From Amoebidium appalachense (taxonomy: Eukaryota; Protista; Ichthyosporea): 64,000 nucleotides of DNA. The translations under genes and the position numbers were made by a program. Positions 31,049 through 44,866 of the stretch are shown piece by piece. The notes beneath the pieces were generated by a model that worked only from the letters and a program-made list of their open reading frames with translations, was not told the DNA's origin and ran no database searches. Each line of letters starts with the position of its first letter. Position 1 is the stretch's first letter. Location: NCBI GenBank assembly GCA_963693365.1, contig CAVNZM010000006.1, forward strand, positions 2,542,001-2,606,000, written 5' to 3'.

Positions 31049-32061
31049 TGTGTGTGTGCGTGTGGGTGTGCGTGTGTGCGTTCGCATGAGAGTGTGTGAG
31101 TGTGTGGAGCAAGAAATTCTCCCTGTGGGAAATGCCAGAAGGTTTAGAGACAGGGGTGAGAACCCTAGGGGGGGGGGGGGGGGGGGGAGGGGAGAGGGAA
31201 GTGTGTAGCCTGTTTTTTTTAAAGATAACTATCAGTCGACCATCACGCAAGTAAAAAAACTTAATTGCCGAGCTACTTCCTTGAACATGCATGGTGCTAC
31301 AGCTTGTATTCATTGGGTCTGTCTAAGTGAATCACTCTCCTAATGGCTAACGAATAATTCTGGATAAAATTAATGTAACCATCGAAGTATTCACGAAGAA
31401 ATGGTTTGCCACTGAAACTATTTACAATCTGGCAATATGGATAAATGGATTACAACCAGGATTTACAGTTTGCAAAGCGTAACAAACACACACTTCCACA
31501 AGAAACACCAAAAGAAATTCAGAGTCACAAGTGCAAAATCGTAAGGGAAGGGGGACGGCAGGGGAGGGGGGGGGGGGGGGGGGGGGCACCTGCTTAGTTG
31601 GGGTGGTGGGTCCCTTCCCCCCTCCCTTCCCCCTGCATCCCCCCTCTCCCCCCCTTTCCCCTTCTGCCTGCCAGCTAACCTGAACCGGACGAATGATTAA
31701 ATTGACAAGCAAAGAAGTCACCCCGTGGATTATAGGGAACATACCACATTGGTCCTCTGGGGTAGTGGATACCCTTCCCCCCCCCGCCCCCCTCCCCCCT
31801 CCCCCCTCGCCCCCCGCCCCCCCCAACCGCCTTCCCCCTTGTTCCCCTCCCATAACCCCCCCTCCCCCCGCTCCCCCCCCCCCCTCCCCCCCCCCCCCCC
31901 CCCCCCGAAAAGAAAAAAATGAAAAGAAAAAAGGATAATCACATCATCTCCCCCACCGGCCACCCCCTTCCCCCCGATCCCAGTTCACATGCAAATGTCT
32001 CAAATACATGAGAACTGACTACAGACTGATATCTTGGCGGGCTGGTGCAGTCCGATCCAAT

Positions 32062-32092
<31 letters not shown>

Positions 32093-32154
32093 CTCCTTCC
32101 CCCCCCCCCCCCCCCCCTCAAACACACACACACACACACACACAACCACCACCG

Positions 32155-32276
<122 letters not shown>

Positions 32277-32772
32277 CCGTGACCCACCCACCCACCGGCC
32301 ATAACCACGACCCTAACCACCACCCCACCACCACCATCCCCCCCTCTTCTCCCCCCCCCCCACCCCCCCCCCTCCTCCCCTCCCCCCCCCCTCCTCCCTC
32401 CCCTCCCTCGCTGCTGCCCTCCGCCCCCGTGACCCTCCCCTCGGCCTGGGGCTGCCCGACTCACCGGATCCCTATACGTTTTCACCACATCCCCCAGACA
32501 ATGTCGGGGGGGGGGGGGGGGGGGGGGGGAGAGGGGGGGGGGGGATACGAGTGTTTTATTGATATTTTTTGGAGGGAGACCTCTTAGAGACAAAAGTTAG
32601 CCAATAGTGGTTCATAGTGGTTCATGTATGCCATAGAGCCTCTCGGATTATGCCCGTGGTGGTGGTGGTGGTGGTGGTGGTGGTGGGTGTGGGGGTGAAA
32701 GCAACCACGGACCATAGTGAAAGACACCATCCATAGGATCATAGGTGACGTGCAGGACGGCCCACGGGCCAA

Positions 32773-32830
32773 CAGATCTTAGCCCCCATACAGATCTTAG
32801 CCCCCATAGCAGATCTTAGCCCCCATACAG
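32773..32830. repeat. 19-bp tandem repeat (CAGATCTTAGCCCCCATA+N) x3
   Basis: Direct inspection. Confidence 0.9.
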
Positions 32831-32867
32831 TGGCTGAACCTCATTCCCCCCCTTCCTCCCCTTCACA

Positions 32868-32958
<91 letters not shown>

Positions 32959-33076
32959 ACACACACAAACACACACACACACACACACACAGGGCTACAA
33001 GCTACACCCACGACCACCCAGGATCAGCACGAGTCTTTTCCCCCCGGGACACCACCACCCCTAGATTAGCACCTGT

Positions 33077-33530
33077 GTGTCCGAGACACCCTATTGGACA
33101 ATCTGTCTGCATATATATCTGAGTTTTTCTTCGGACATATATGGATACCCAGATGTAGAACACTACGTGTATAACAAGCTCCCCCCAAAAAAAACACAAG
33201 CACAAAGCCCACATAACCAAAACAGCCATCCGCAGAAAGAAATTAGGCATAACACCTGGAACAAACCCCCCCCCACCCACATCCTACCGGCTTGCCCCAT
33301 ATGCAGACATGCCATAGAAACGTTCAGCAGATTGAACCCACAACAGATATACCGACACATAGCAGCCACACCACACTACACAATATAGGATACAAAATGC
33401 ATCTCACCCACCCTTAACCCCACAACACCACCACACCATGTTAGACCCCCCTCAGACCATATGTAAAATTTCTTAGAATTTCATAGCCTGACCTCCCTCC
33501 CCCTAGATCAACACAGTAGATAACTAACTA
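33077..33530 (+). mobile_element. 3' fragment of a non-LTR retrotransposon ORF2 (degenerate)
   Basis: YNKLP...ACPICRHAIET resembles the C-terminal CPxC..ET..H zinc knuckle of LINE ORF2; A/C-rich strand bias; ends FLEFHSLTSLP*. Confidence 0.35.
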
Positions 33531-33885
33531 GAACAGACCTTCCCATCTTTCTGTAGACAATAGAGCCCAATCGTTCTGCATCTCTGTTTACTAGCTCAGT
33601 CCAGAGAATAGGTATATAGATCGCTTAAGGGAATGCCCTCCCCCCCCCCCCCCCCTCCCCCACACACACACACACACTGGCACTCTCTCTATCTCTCTAT
33701 CTCTCTCTCTTCCTCTCCCACAACCCCTCCCCCCCCCCCCCCCTCTCCCTCCTTCCCTCCCTCCCTCCCTCCCTCTCTCACGAGAGTCTCTCCCCCTCCC
33801 CCCTCTTTTCTCTCTCTCTCTCTCTCCCTTCTCCATCTCCCTCTCTCCGGTCTCTGTATCTCGCTCTATCTGGAGCGCGCATGTC

Positions 33886-33948
<63 letters not shown>

Positions 33949-34329
33949 TGTGACAAGCGTACACCGGTCATTTTCTGTCGATCTGATTGGTGCAAATTAG
34001 AACCCTGCAAAGTTTTCTCGTCCCCATTCCCCCCCGGGTGCAATGGCTCTCCCCCTAGGCCTAGGATGCTTGTCTTCTCTTTTAGGCTGCCTTCTACGAA
34101 TATACTTTTTTTGTAAAGTAAAATCGCCTTTTGCAATGTTTGTGTTAGGTGACGTGGGTAAAGGTTGAACGGTTTGCCAACCCAACAGTTTCTATTAGGG
34201 AGAAGTCGCCATAATAGGCATGTCCAAAAAAGGTTAGAAGGAAATGCTCTTGAACCAATAGCATCGTGGCAAAGTGACTGTCTAGACGCTATGACATCAT
34301 TTAACCACCCCATAACACAAACCCGCCCG

Positions 34330-34394
<65 letters not shown>

Positions 34395-34491
34395 ACACAC
34401 ACACACAAACACGCACACACACACACACACACACACTCACACACACACATACACACACACACACACACACATACACACACACACACACACA

Positions 34492-34529
<38 letters not shown>

Positions 34530-34569
34530 CCCACACACACATACATACACACACACACGCACAAACACG

Positions 34570-34605
<36 letters not shown>

Positions 34606-34617
34606 CACACACACACA

Positions 34618-34676
<59 letters not shown>

Positions 34677-34685
34677 GCGCGTGCG

Positions 34686-34741
<56 letters not shown>

Positions 34742-35279
34742 CATGCATGACAAACAGCCCTGAAATTATGTTCCCGGATAAGAGTGTAAGCAGATGGTGT
34801 AATTCATGCACTCCAAGTTTGTATAACAGTACAGTGTGTGAATCTGTATGCTTCTCAGTGCATTAAGCCACCAATACGATACATGAGGGTTGGGTCATTC
34901 ATAGGGCTATGGTCACATTGTATGCGTGAGTGGGTGTGCGGGTGTGTGCTAATATTAGTGAACCATTCGTGGTGTGTGTTCGGGTGTGTGTGTGTGTGTG
35001 TGTGTGTGTCAGTGTACGTGTCACTGTATGGTATATGTTACTGATCTGGGGAACTGCCAGTGAGTGTGCTGGACACCAAGGAGGGAGGGCTGAGCTGGTG
35101 GGTGGGTGGGTGAGTGGGGGGAGGGGGGGGGGGGGGAAGGGGATTCTGCAAGGGCAGCCCAGAAGACATTCAGAAGTTGCCAGCACGAATGTACATTTCA
35201 TGACCGATAGCACAATGCAGAGTACAAAGCACACAAAAGTAGTTTGAACAATAAGAAGAGCCGATTTTTGTTGTTGTTG

Positions 35280-35337
<58 letters not shown>

Positions 35338-35758
35338 TATCAGGTGTGTACATATATAAGCATCTCTGAAAACGTCTATTTTTTGTAGGGATACTGTTCG
35401 CCACCCACTGAATGAGTTCGTAGGTGAAGATGTGTGTGTGTGTGTGTGTGTGCGTGTGTGTGTTTTAATGTGTGTGTGTTTGTGTGCGTGTCGACGTGTG
35501 TGTGTGTGGTTGGGTGTCTATCTCTTTGTCTGTACGTGTGCGTGTGTTTGTGTGTGCGTGTGTGCATGTATGTGTCATGTGTGTGTGTGCGCATTGGTGT
35601 CAACATGCTAATGTGTTTGCCACACAGGTGTGTTACCTATAAGGTGTGTGTGTGTGGACGTGTGCGAGTGTGTAGATTTTTGTCCAAGTATGTCAATTTG
35701 TGTGCATGCTTGTGGAAAACTAAAACTGAATGTAAGTAGCTGCGTGTGCACATGCGCG

Positions 35759-35818
<60 letters not shown>

Positions 35819-36264
35819 AAATTTGTGTGCATGCTTGTGGAACACTAAAAGTGAATGTAAGCAGCTGCGTGTGCATATGCGCGGTGTGTTTGTGTGCGTG
35901 TGTGTGTGTGTGTCTCTCCCGGGTGAATTGTGGATTTGGATATATGTGTTTGCGTGTGTGGATGCATGTGTGTGTCGGGTGAGTGGTGGACTTAAGTGGG
36001 TGTTTACGCATGCCTGTGAACAGGCCACGGCAAACAGACCGTATTTCTTTGAATAGTGATTTTATTGAGTTTAAACAACATGAAAAAAGCCCCTGCTCAC
36101 AAAGCAAAGGCTGCTTAATAAAGGCTCGTTCATTTTCTACGACGCTATGCTGCACTGTGTCACCTGATTTTAAAGGCCGTACGTGCATGCTCGTTCGTAC
36201 AAGCCGAAACGTCTTTCGTGCCTACTATATACACCCGCCCACCCCACCCAACCGCACGCAGCGG

Positions 36265-38049
36265 CTACTGCAGAAGCATGACCAGGGCGGCCAGGAGGGC
36301 CAGCACGGGGGTGGCAATGCTTGTGCGCACGGCCGCGCTGGTGAGCTGTGTGTCGGTGCCGGCGCTGTTTGTGGCCGACCCGTAGACGGAGCCCGATGTG
36401 CGCACAGTGGCCGAGCCGCTCTCGGTGGCACGGCGCATGTGGTGGTTGGTCTCCGACACAACAACGGCGCGGCGGCGGCGGGCCACGGCCTCATAGTAGA
36501 CCTCAAAGGTGCAGCGGAACGACAGGCGCGTGATGAGGCCCGGGCCGGGGTCGGGCAGAACGTCGTTGGTCATGACCTGCTGCAGCCAGTACGTCTGCGT
36601 CACCGTGGGCGTCCCCGCAGGCACGTCGGCCCGCAGGCCCACGGCGCTGCCCGTCACGTCCTGCTGGAAGTTGCTGGCCAGCGTGCCGTTGACGGCCAGC
36701 CCGGCGTTGCTGGTCTTGTCGACCCAGCTGCCGCCGTCCGTGCTGACCTCCCACTTCTGCAGCAGCACCGAGCTGACGCTGGGCCCCTGCAGGTCAATGC
36801 GGAAGTATGAGGGCCGGTTCCACTCCCACGCCCGCTGGTGCGTGGTCGACGCCTTGCGCTGCGCGTCCGTGGTGCCCGTGGGCGCAATGAACCGCACCAC
36901 CTTGATGATGTTGTTGATGCTGTACAGCGCCCCGCCCGTCTGGCAGAAGTTGTCCGAGTTGAGCGTGATGCTGATGCTGCTGCCCGTGTCCGGCGTCTGC
37001 AGCGGGCAATCCTCGGCCGCAATGTCCGGCGAGCACGTGACCGTCACCTGCTCCAGCGTGTACGTGCCGTCCAGCTCGCACACCCGCGGCGTATCCGACG
37101 CCGGGTGCAGGAACGTCACCTGCATGGTCTTGCGGCAGATCCCCGCACCCCCCGGGTAGGCATAGTCATTGGCCGTGCCGTTGCGGCACCGGTCAGCCAG
37201 CGTGTTTGCTCCGCTGGTGGCCGACGGGCCCGTGACCGACACGGCATTGCTGGCAGACACAGACGCACCCGCAGCAGGCGTGAGCACCGTCTTGTACTGT
37301 GACACGTCGTACGGCCAGTGGATGGCATATGTCAGGTTGAGCGTGCTCTGCGCCTGGTCGGGCCGCAGCACAATCTGCTGCGTCACGGCCGCCGTCAGGT
37401 TGAACTTGGACGTCACATTGACGTCCGTCGTGACCGTGGCATTGAACAGCACCTGCAGCTTGAAGTTGACCGGCAGTGTTGTCGACACCGTGCGCGTGTC
37501 GCTGGCCTCGTTGACAGACCCCAGCGTCACGGGCTCCGTGTACGTCACATCCAGCGAGCCGTTGTAGAACCGGTACCACACACCCCCCTCGTCAAAAGCA
37601 GGCCCCACCGTGAACCCGCAGCCCGTCTCCAGGTAGTTGACGTCTATCTTGATCTGGATGTTGTCGTTGCAGTTGCTCGCGTCCGCAACATTGGACGCGT
37701 TGGTGATGGTGGCAAGCGACAGGAATCGCCCCGACGCACAGTTCTTGAGCGCAAACGACGTGAACCGCCGGTTCTTCTTGGCCCCGCCGGTCATGGTGAC
37801 CACCAGCGAGTAGTCCGACTCGTCGATCCAAGGCTGGATCACCGACAGGTTGGTGGTGACCTGCAGCTGCGGCTGGTTGCCGTCCGCAGACGCCAAGCAT
37901 GCCCCGAGCGTGCTGCAGTCCCCAATGCGCCCCGAGTCGCACACACACGCATCCGTGGCACCCTCAATATCGATGCTTGCACCGTTGGTGCACGTCTGCG
38001 CGGCCACAGACCCGATCAGGGCCACCGCCGCAAGGAAGGCCTTCAACAT
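36265..38049 (-). CDS. Secreted/GPI-anchored ZP-like glycoprotein, copy 2 (594 aa, intronless)
   Basis: ATG 38049; differs from copy 3 by 2 aa (A>V in the signal peptide, R>K); TATA at ~38194-38201. Confidence 0.92.
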   Translation of the reverse strand: MLKAFLAAVALIGSVAAQTCTNGASIDIEGATDACVCDSGRIGDCSTLGACLASADGNQPQLQVTTNLSVIQPWIDESDYSLVVTMTGGAKKNRRFTSFALKNCASGRFLSLATITNASNVADASNCNDNIQIKIDVNYLETGCGFTVGPAFDEGGVWYRFYNGSLDVTYTEPVTLGSVNEASDTRTVSTTLPVNFKLQVLFNATVTTDVNVTSKFNLTAAVTQQIVLRPDQAQSTLNLTYAIHWPYDVSQYKTVLTPAAGASVSASNAVSVTGPSATSGANTLADRCRNGTANDYAYPGGAGICRKTMQVTFLHPASDTPRVCELDGTYTLEQVTVTCSPDIAAEDCPLQTPDTGSSISITLNSDNFCQTGGALYSINNIIKVVRFIAPTGTTDAQRKASTTHQRAWEWNRPSYFRIDLQGPSVSSVLLQKWEVSTDGGSWVDKTSNAGLAVNGTLASNFQQDVTGSAVGLRADVPAGTPTVTQTYWLQQVMTNDVLPDPGPGLITRLSFRCTFEVYYEAVARRRRAVVVSETNHHMRRATESGSATVRTSGSVYGSATNSAGTDTQLTSAAVRTSIATPVLALLAALVMLLQ

Positions 38050-38620
38050 GACGAAAGGAAATGCCAATCCGGCAGTCTGCGTTATGTAAAACAAAGGAGG
38101 AATTACGAGGCTGTGTAGAACATGAGAAGCTGTTGAAATGTTTTCTAAGTCGGCTCGTGTAACCGATGAAGAGCAGAGTGGTAAGTTGGCCCATTTTATA
38201 TCCCCGATTCGCCATGAAAATTCCGTCGGATAAGTTAGGAATGTCTGCTCTGTCCAAGTATGCTGCGTGATGTCCTGCTGCAGGGATTGGTGATTCTATC
38301 GTTTGCGACGTTTGCATTGGATGTAAGATTCCCACTTTGGAGATGGAGCCAATCGCTGATCATTTGGTTAAAAAAAAAGAGTATCTGTGATAATTGCCTT
38401 CTATCACCAGCGTGCTGACACGTGCTGGAGCGTTACATAAATTATGAATTGAATGGCTTTGTAAAGGCAACGCCAAAAAATGATCATAATAGTGTGTTTT
38501 CTCTACAGTATTCAATTGTGTTTTTTCTTTTCTCGCGCTTCCTTCACCTGTTTTCCTGATCATCGCGTTTCGTTCGCTCAGTTTTGGTTCAGATGAATAT
38601 AAATGAGGTATGCGTCGTCA

Positions 38621-38650
38621 CATTCCAATGCATTCCACCTTTTTTAGCCT
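38621..38650 (-). promoter_or_regulatory. Conserved double CATTCC (TEA/TEAD-type) upstream element of copy 2
   Basis: CATTCCAATGCATTCCACC...TTTAGCC; homologous blocks at 22923-22950, 23499-23527 and 45481-45510. Confidence 0.5.
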
Positions 38651-39000
38651 TCCCTACCTTCGACAAGTCCGACTAACGTACGACAGGTCTGAATATTTTC
38701 AGTTCAGATTTGAATATACAATAATAGGTCTCCTTTATTAAAAATTTAAATATAGATTGCATTTGCTAGCTTATGTTTATTTTTGTTGTACTGTGAACTC
38801 GAAATCAAGCCACACCGCTCACTGACTCGAATTCAGGAGTTTCCAGCACTTTTCACAAATTTGACACAAAACATGCCTTCGTTCTTGATTGGTGCTGGAT
38901 AAAAGAAGGGGAAAGAAGCGTACATTCCAATGATTCACGGACAGACGGAAGGGTTGGTAACTCCTGTAACTTGGATAGACTCCTCACTGATAGTTTGTAG

Positions 39001-39380
39001 TGCATGGACTGTAGAGCGCTGTAGAGTGTACTCGTGGGCGAGTGTTGACATATGGCGTGGATCTGTCCTATATGAGATACTGACAGCGCGGCATGGCCTC
39101 CCAGAACATGGGACAACATCACAACAGGGGCCTTACTAATGATGTATGCACGCATACACGCGCGCACATTCCAGTGAGCGTTAGTTACGGTCACTCACGT
39201 GGGTTTGACTTCTGGCGTAGAGTCACGGACACGTAGGGACAGGTCGCCGACCAGCCCTTATAAAGATACCGGGCCCGCGGCCGGGGCACGGCGGTCGCTT
39301 CCAACGGATGTCATCGTGACCATGTAGGGTACACTAAGAAAGACACGCACGAGTACGTGACACACACACACACACACACG

Positions 39381-39468
<88 letters not shown>

Positions 39469-39594
39469 GTGACACACACACACACACACCGTGAGAGTCT
39501 GACGCAAACACACCGTGACGCACCGTGACACACTGGCATACGCACACACGTGCACCGTGAGACAAACACACACAAACACACACACACAGACACG

Positions 39595-39625
<31 letters not shown>

Positions 39626-39678
39626 GCACGCGCACACAAACACACGCACACAGACGCACACACGCACACACGCACACG

Positions 39679-39734
<56 letters not shown>

Positions 39735-40006
39735 TGTACCACCCCCCCCACACACACACACACACACACGCACAAACACACTGTACACGCCCATACACAC
39801 AGAGAAACAAATACACTGCACACGCCCATCCACACACACACGCAAATAAACACAGGCGAGCATACACACACACACACACAGACACATATATATACACTCG
39901 GAAAGGCAAACAAGCAAACAAATACGCACAAATACAAACACAGGACCTGGTGCACGTGTAAGCTACACCACACACAGACACACAGACACACAGACACACA
40001 CAAGCC

Positions 40007-40072
<66 letters not shown>

Positions 40073-40362
40073 ACAGACACACACACAGACCGACATGCAA
40101 ACAAACGTGCACACACACTGTTCAACACACGCACACGTACACACACGCGTCCACACACAAACACACCTGGCATGGACACACACCGACACTCACAAGCACG
40201 TATGCGTGTAGACACACACACATGTGCACACCCTTACTCTAGTAGTGCCACATCTTATTGCAAGCGTGTTGTCTGCATCTCGCAGCATGTGAGGACATGT
40301 TGCAAGCAGGTGCATGGCTGGAAACTCTCGAGCACTTGTCGGGCATCACGGATGGAGCTTAG
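39001..40362 (+). pseudogene. Kinase C-lobe relic
   Basis: RVYSWASVDIWRGSVLYEILT (IX), VGTGRRPAL (X), ILLQACC..LETLEHL (XI). Confidence 0.35.
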
Positions 40363-40544
40363 GATTTGATTTGAACCTTTGTCTTATTCAGTACCGCTGT
40401 CTTTTGGTGGGTACCGGCCCCAATGGACCGATCTGTATATACCTACTTTCTAGACTGAGCCCGTCAAACAGACATGGCAGAACTTTTGGGCTATATTTAA
40501 AAGTCTACAAGAGATTGGGGGGGGGGGGGGGGGGGGGGGGGCTT

Positions 40545-40718
40545 GTGCTAAATTTTCACTCATTTCAGTCCGGGGGGTGGGGTCCAGTTAACATGCTTCT
40601 GGCTCTGTTCCAAAAGCGTATGCCATATGATCTGGACAATAAAGTATTGCAGTCTGAGAATACGATAATGACCTTTCAATTTACAGTACTTATCAAACTT
40701 TTAGACCAATCACACCGT

Positions 40719-40779
<61 letters not shown>

Positions 40780-41029
40780 CCTATAACTCCACAGTGATGC
40801 CATGTTGTAACATTGGTGCCGGCACCTGATCACAACTCACATGTTTCATGGGTCCCCCCGGGATTTCCTCCAACCCCCTCCCCCCGGCTCCCCTCCCTCC
40901 CCCTCCCTCCCCCCCCCCCCTTCAAAAAACAATAATATTATAAAATCAAAAATTAAAATAATAAAATAATAAAATAATAAACCTCTCCGTAATTTGCTAC
41001 CCCTCCAAGGCCTAAGGCCTCCACCCCTT

Positions 41030-41061
<32 letters not shown>

Positions 41062-41603
41062 GCGGACCAACTTTGTAACTTAAACTGCGGAGTCTCGAGG
41101 ACACACCCGGAGTGCGTGGACCGGGGACACGCAAAGAGGCAGGTGGGGTGGGGTGGGAGGGGGGAGGGAGGGGGGGGGGGGGGGAGAGGGAGAAGACGGG
41201 ACACGGGGGTGAGATGTCCAGATGGAGAGAGAACGAGCGATGGAAAGCGTGCAAATGTGTGTTCTTGCATGGGTGTGTATGTGTGCCGCGATGATGATGT
41301 TGGCGAGCACTGTTGGCCCAAATCGAGAATAATAATATTAATTAAATATTAGTAGGTCCAGGGAGCACACTACCCACGATTAGGTATGTGTCCGACGTAA
41401 GAAACCCCCACCAAGGATTCGGATTGGCTTGGGAACAGGTGTACAAAGGGCGAGGGTGGGGGTTGCTGGATGTGTTTACAGCCGGGGGGATCAGAGAGGG
41501 GGGCGGAGGAAATGCTCACATCTCGGTATCACCGGGCAAGGCCAATCTCGGTCCTTGTGTGTTGCTTATGTGTGCCCATCTATACGCGATGGCACGTGTA
41601 TAG
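40545..41603 (+). pseudogene. Decayed tyrosine-kinase relic, most subdomains traceable
   Basis: SGGWGPV (I), LQSENTIMTFQF..LIKLL (III-IV), TVMPCCNIG (V), CVDRGHAKRQV (cf. CVHRDLAARNV), IKY..PGS (VIII), SDV..GFGLAWEQVYKG (IX), CAHLYAM (XI). Confidence 0.5.
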
Positions 41604-41731
41604 GTAAACTGCCAGGTATTATTAATGTTGTGTGTGTGCAGTGTGTGGACGTGTGCGTCACCGGGGTGCCACAGTGCGTGTGTGCATGTTTTTGCGTGTG
41701 TGAGTGTGTGAGTGTGTGTGAGTGTGTGAGT

Positions 41732-41808
<77 letters not shown>

Positions 41809-42455
41809 TGCACGCTTGTTCGTGTGTGTGTTTGCAAGAGTGCTTGTGTGTTTTGAGTGTGTCACAAGGCTTGTGTGTTAAGCGTGTAGGTGTGTATGAA
41901 CACACGTTGTGTGTGTGTGTGTGTCTGTGTTGTGTATGTGTGTGTATGCCAGTGTGTGTGTGTGTGTGTCAAAGTATAGTTTTCGCTGATCATCTGTGAA
42001 TTGCCAACATGTTGGATGCTGGCAGGTTGCAGATTGGAGTTGGGGGACTCGTTTGGGGGGTTGGGGTTGAGTGGGGTTGGAGGGGGGAGGGGGGGGGGGG
42101 GGGGGGGGGCTGGGGGAGTTCGGGGAAGGACATGTAAACGGCCAGACCCCGGCATGGTGACTCTGAGGGGGAGGGGGAGGGGAGGGGGAGGGAGGGGGAC
42201 AATCAGGCACGATTCCGTATGCTTCATGACACTGAGCAAGAATGAACTGTTTGATGCAGTGCATGGAGCGGATTGTGTGTGTGCGCGTGTGTGCATGTCT
42301 GTGTGTGTGCACGTGCATATTCGAGTTGTGTTTGTGTGTATGGGGCGGGGGGGGAGGAAATAGGTATATGCTCATATCATTTATAGGTTGGGATGTGTCA
42401 CTTGTGTGTGTGTGCTTGTGTGTGCTTGTGTGTACGTGTGCGTGTGCATGAGTGA

Positions 42456-42500
<45 letters not shown>

Positions 42501-43081
42501 CATGCAAGAGTAACAGTGTGATGTGTGTGTGCGTGTTTATGGAATGTGCATGTGTGAATGCATGTCACGGTATGTATGTGCACGTGTATATGCATGAGTG
42601 TTGTGCATGCGTGTGAATACGGTGCATGTGAGTGCATGTGTGAGTGCTTGTTGGTGTGTATGGGTGCATGTGTGTGTGCTTGTGTGTTGGTATGTGCATG
42701 TGCATGTGAATGTGTGTATGATAGTTTGTCCGTGTGTGTGTGTGTGTGTGTGCGTGCGTGCGTGAGGGTGTATCATGTGTGTTTGTGCGTGGGTGTATCA
42801 TGTGTGTTTGTGCGTGGGTGTATCATGTGTGTTTGTGCGTGTGCATGTGTCTTTGCCGAAAATTACATCCAGGGCTCCACCTCAGCCAGGGCAACATATC
42901 AAGTCACAGTTGTATTAAAATTTCAGGTTTCATTGTCGTGCCTGTGCTCACAGACCAAAAGCTATTTTAAAAAGACTTGCTCGATCATTCACAATGCTAT
43001 GCTACACTGTCTCATCCTGCACATTCGGCTGTCTATGTGTGCTATATACAACCGCCCACCCAACCCAACCGCACGCAGTGG

Positions 43082-44866
43082 CTACTGCAGCAGCATGACC
43101 AGGGCGGCCAGGAGGGCCAGCACGGGGGTGGCAATGCTTGTGCGCACGGCCGCGCTGGTGAGCTGTGTGTCGGTACCAGCGCTGTTTGTGGCCGACCCGT
43201 AGACGGAGCCCGATGTGCGCACAGTGGCCGAGCCGCTCTCGGTGGCGCGGCGCATGTGGTGGTTCGTCTCCGACACAACAACGGCGCGGCGGCGGCGGGC
43301 CACGGCCTCATAGTAGACCTCAAAGGTGCAGCGGAACGACAGGCGCGTGATGAGGCCCGGGCCGGGGTCGGGCAGCACGTCGTTGGTCATGACCTGCTGC
43401 AGCCAGTACGTCTGCGTCACCGTGGGCGTCCCCGCAGGCACGTCGGCCCGCAGGCCCACGGCGCTGCCCGTCACGTCCTGCTGGAAGTTGCTGGCCAGCG
43501 TGCCGTTGACGGCCAGCCCGGCGTTGCTGGTCTTGTCGACCCAGCTGCCACCGTCCGTGCTGACCTCCCACTTCTGCAGCAGCACCGAGCTGACGCTGGG
43601 CCCCTGCAGGTCGATGCGGAAGTATGAGGGCCGGTTCCACTCCCACGCCCGCTGGTGCGTGGTGGACGCCTTGCGCTGCGCGTCCGTGGTGCCCGTGGGC
43701 GCAATGAACCGCACCACCTTGATGATGTTGTTGATGCTGTACAGCGCCCCGCCCGTCTGGCAGAAGTTGTCCGAGTTGAGCGTGATGCTGATGCTGCTGC
43801 CCGTGTCCGGCGTCTGCAGCGGGCAGTCCTCGGCCGCAATGTCCGGCGAGCACGTGACCGTCACCTGCTCCAGCGTGTACGTGCCGTCCAGCTCGCACAC
43901 CCGCGGCGTGTCCGACGCCGGGTGCAGGAACGTCACCTGCATGGTCTTGCGGCAGATCCCCGCACCCCCCGGGTAGGCATAGTCGTTGGCCGTGCCGTTG
44001 CGGCACCGGTCAGCCAGCGTGTTTGCCCCGCTGGTGGCCGACGGGCCCGTGACCGACACGGCATTGCTGGCAGACACAGACGCACCCGCAGCAGGCGTGA
44101 GCACCGTCTTGTACTGCGACACGTCGTACGGCCAGTGGATGGCATATGTCAGGTTGAGCGTGCTCTGCGCCTGGTCGGGCCGCAGCACAATCTGCTGCGT
44201 TACGGCCGCCGTCAGATTGAACTTGGACGTCACATTGACGTCCGTCGTGACCGTGGCATTGAACAGCACCTGCAGCTTGAAGTTGACCGGCAGCGTCGTC
44301 GACACCGTGCGCGTGTCGCTGGCCTCGTTGACAGACCCCAGCGTCACGGGCTCCGTGTATGTCACATCCAGCGAGCCGTTGTAGAACCGGTACCACACAC
44401 CCCCCTCGTCAAAAGCAGGCCCCACCGTGAACCCGCAGCCCGTCTCCAGGTAGTTGACGTCGATCTTGATCTGGATATTGTCGTTGCAGTTGCTCGCGTC
44501 CGCAACATTGGACGCGTTGGTGATGGTGGCAAGCGACAGGAACCGCCCCGACGCGCAGTTCTTGAGCGCAAACGACGTGAACCGCCGGTTCTTCCTGGCC
44601 CCGCCGGTCATGGTGACCACCAGCGAGTAGTCCGACTCGTCGATCCAAGGCTGGATCACCGACAGGTTGGTGGTGACCTGCAGCTGCGGCTGGTTGCCGT
44701 CCGCAGACGCCAAGCATGCCCCGAGCGTGCTGCAGTCCCCAATGCGCCCCGAGTCGCACACACACGCATCCGTGGCGCCCTCAATGTCGATGCTTGCACC
44801 GTTGGTGCACGTTTGCGCGGCCACAGACCCGATCAGGGCCGCCGCCGCAAGGAAGGCCTTCAGCAT
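43082..44866 (-). CDS. Secreted/GPI-anchored ZP-like glycoprotein, copy 3 (594 aa, intronless; consensus sequence)
   Basis: ATG 44866; TATA at ~45011-45018. Confidence 0.92.
   Translation of the reverse strand: MLKAFLAAAALIGSVAAQTCTNGASIDIEGATDACVCDSGRIGDCSTLGACLASADGNQPQLQVTTNLSVIQPWIDESDYSLVVTMTGGARKNRRFTSFALKNCASGRFLSLATITNASNVADASNCNDNIQIKIDVNYLETGCGFTVGPAFDEGGVWYRFYNGSLDVTYTEPVTLGSVNEASDTRTVSTTLPVNFKLQVLFNATVTTDVNVTSKFNLTAAVTQQIVLRPDQAQSTLNLTYAIHWPYDVSQYKTVLTPAAGASVSASNAVSVTGPSATSGANTLADRCRNGTANDYAYPGGAGICRKTMQVTFLHPASDTPRVCELDGTYTLEQVTVTCSPDIAAEDCPLQTPDTGSSISITLNSDNFCQTGGALYSINNIIKVVRFIAPTGTTDAQRKASTTHQRAWEWNRPSYFRIDLQGPSVSSVLLQKWEVSTDGGSWVDKTSNAGLAVNGTLASNFQQDVTGSAVGLRADVPAGTPTVTQTYWLQQVMTNDVLPDPGPGLITRLSFRCTFEVYYEAVARRRRAVVVSETNHHMRRATESGSATVRTSGSVYGSATNSAGTDTQLTSAAVRTSIATPVLALLAALVMLLQ

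Larger units (their letters stand above)
32699..34920 (+). pseudogene. Decayed tyrosine-kinase relic interrupted by a LINE scrap and microsatellites
   Basis: IHRIIGDVQDG (I), LGLGCLSS (VIa, ~34055), KIAFCNVCV (VIb, 34120), FLLGRSR..LEPIASWQSDCL (VII-VIII), SCTPSLYN..CFS (XI) in the correct order. Confidence 0.45.

Noticed and set aside
38990-39333. Minus-strand two-exon gene with a 63-nt GTGAGT..ACTAAC..TAG intron (39136-39198)
   Set aside because: The upstream exon has stops in all three frames and no recognisable product; the plus-strand kinase reading explains the region better
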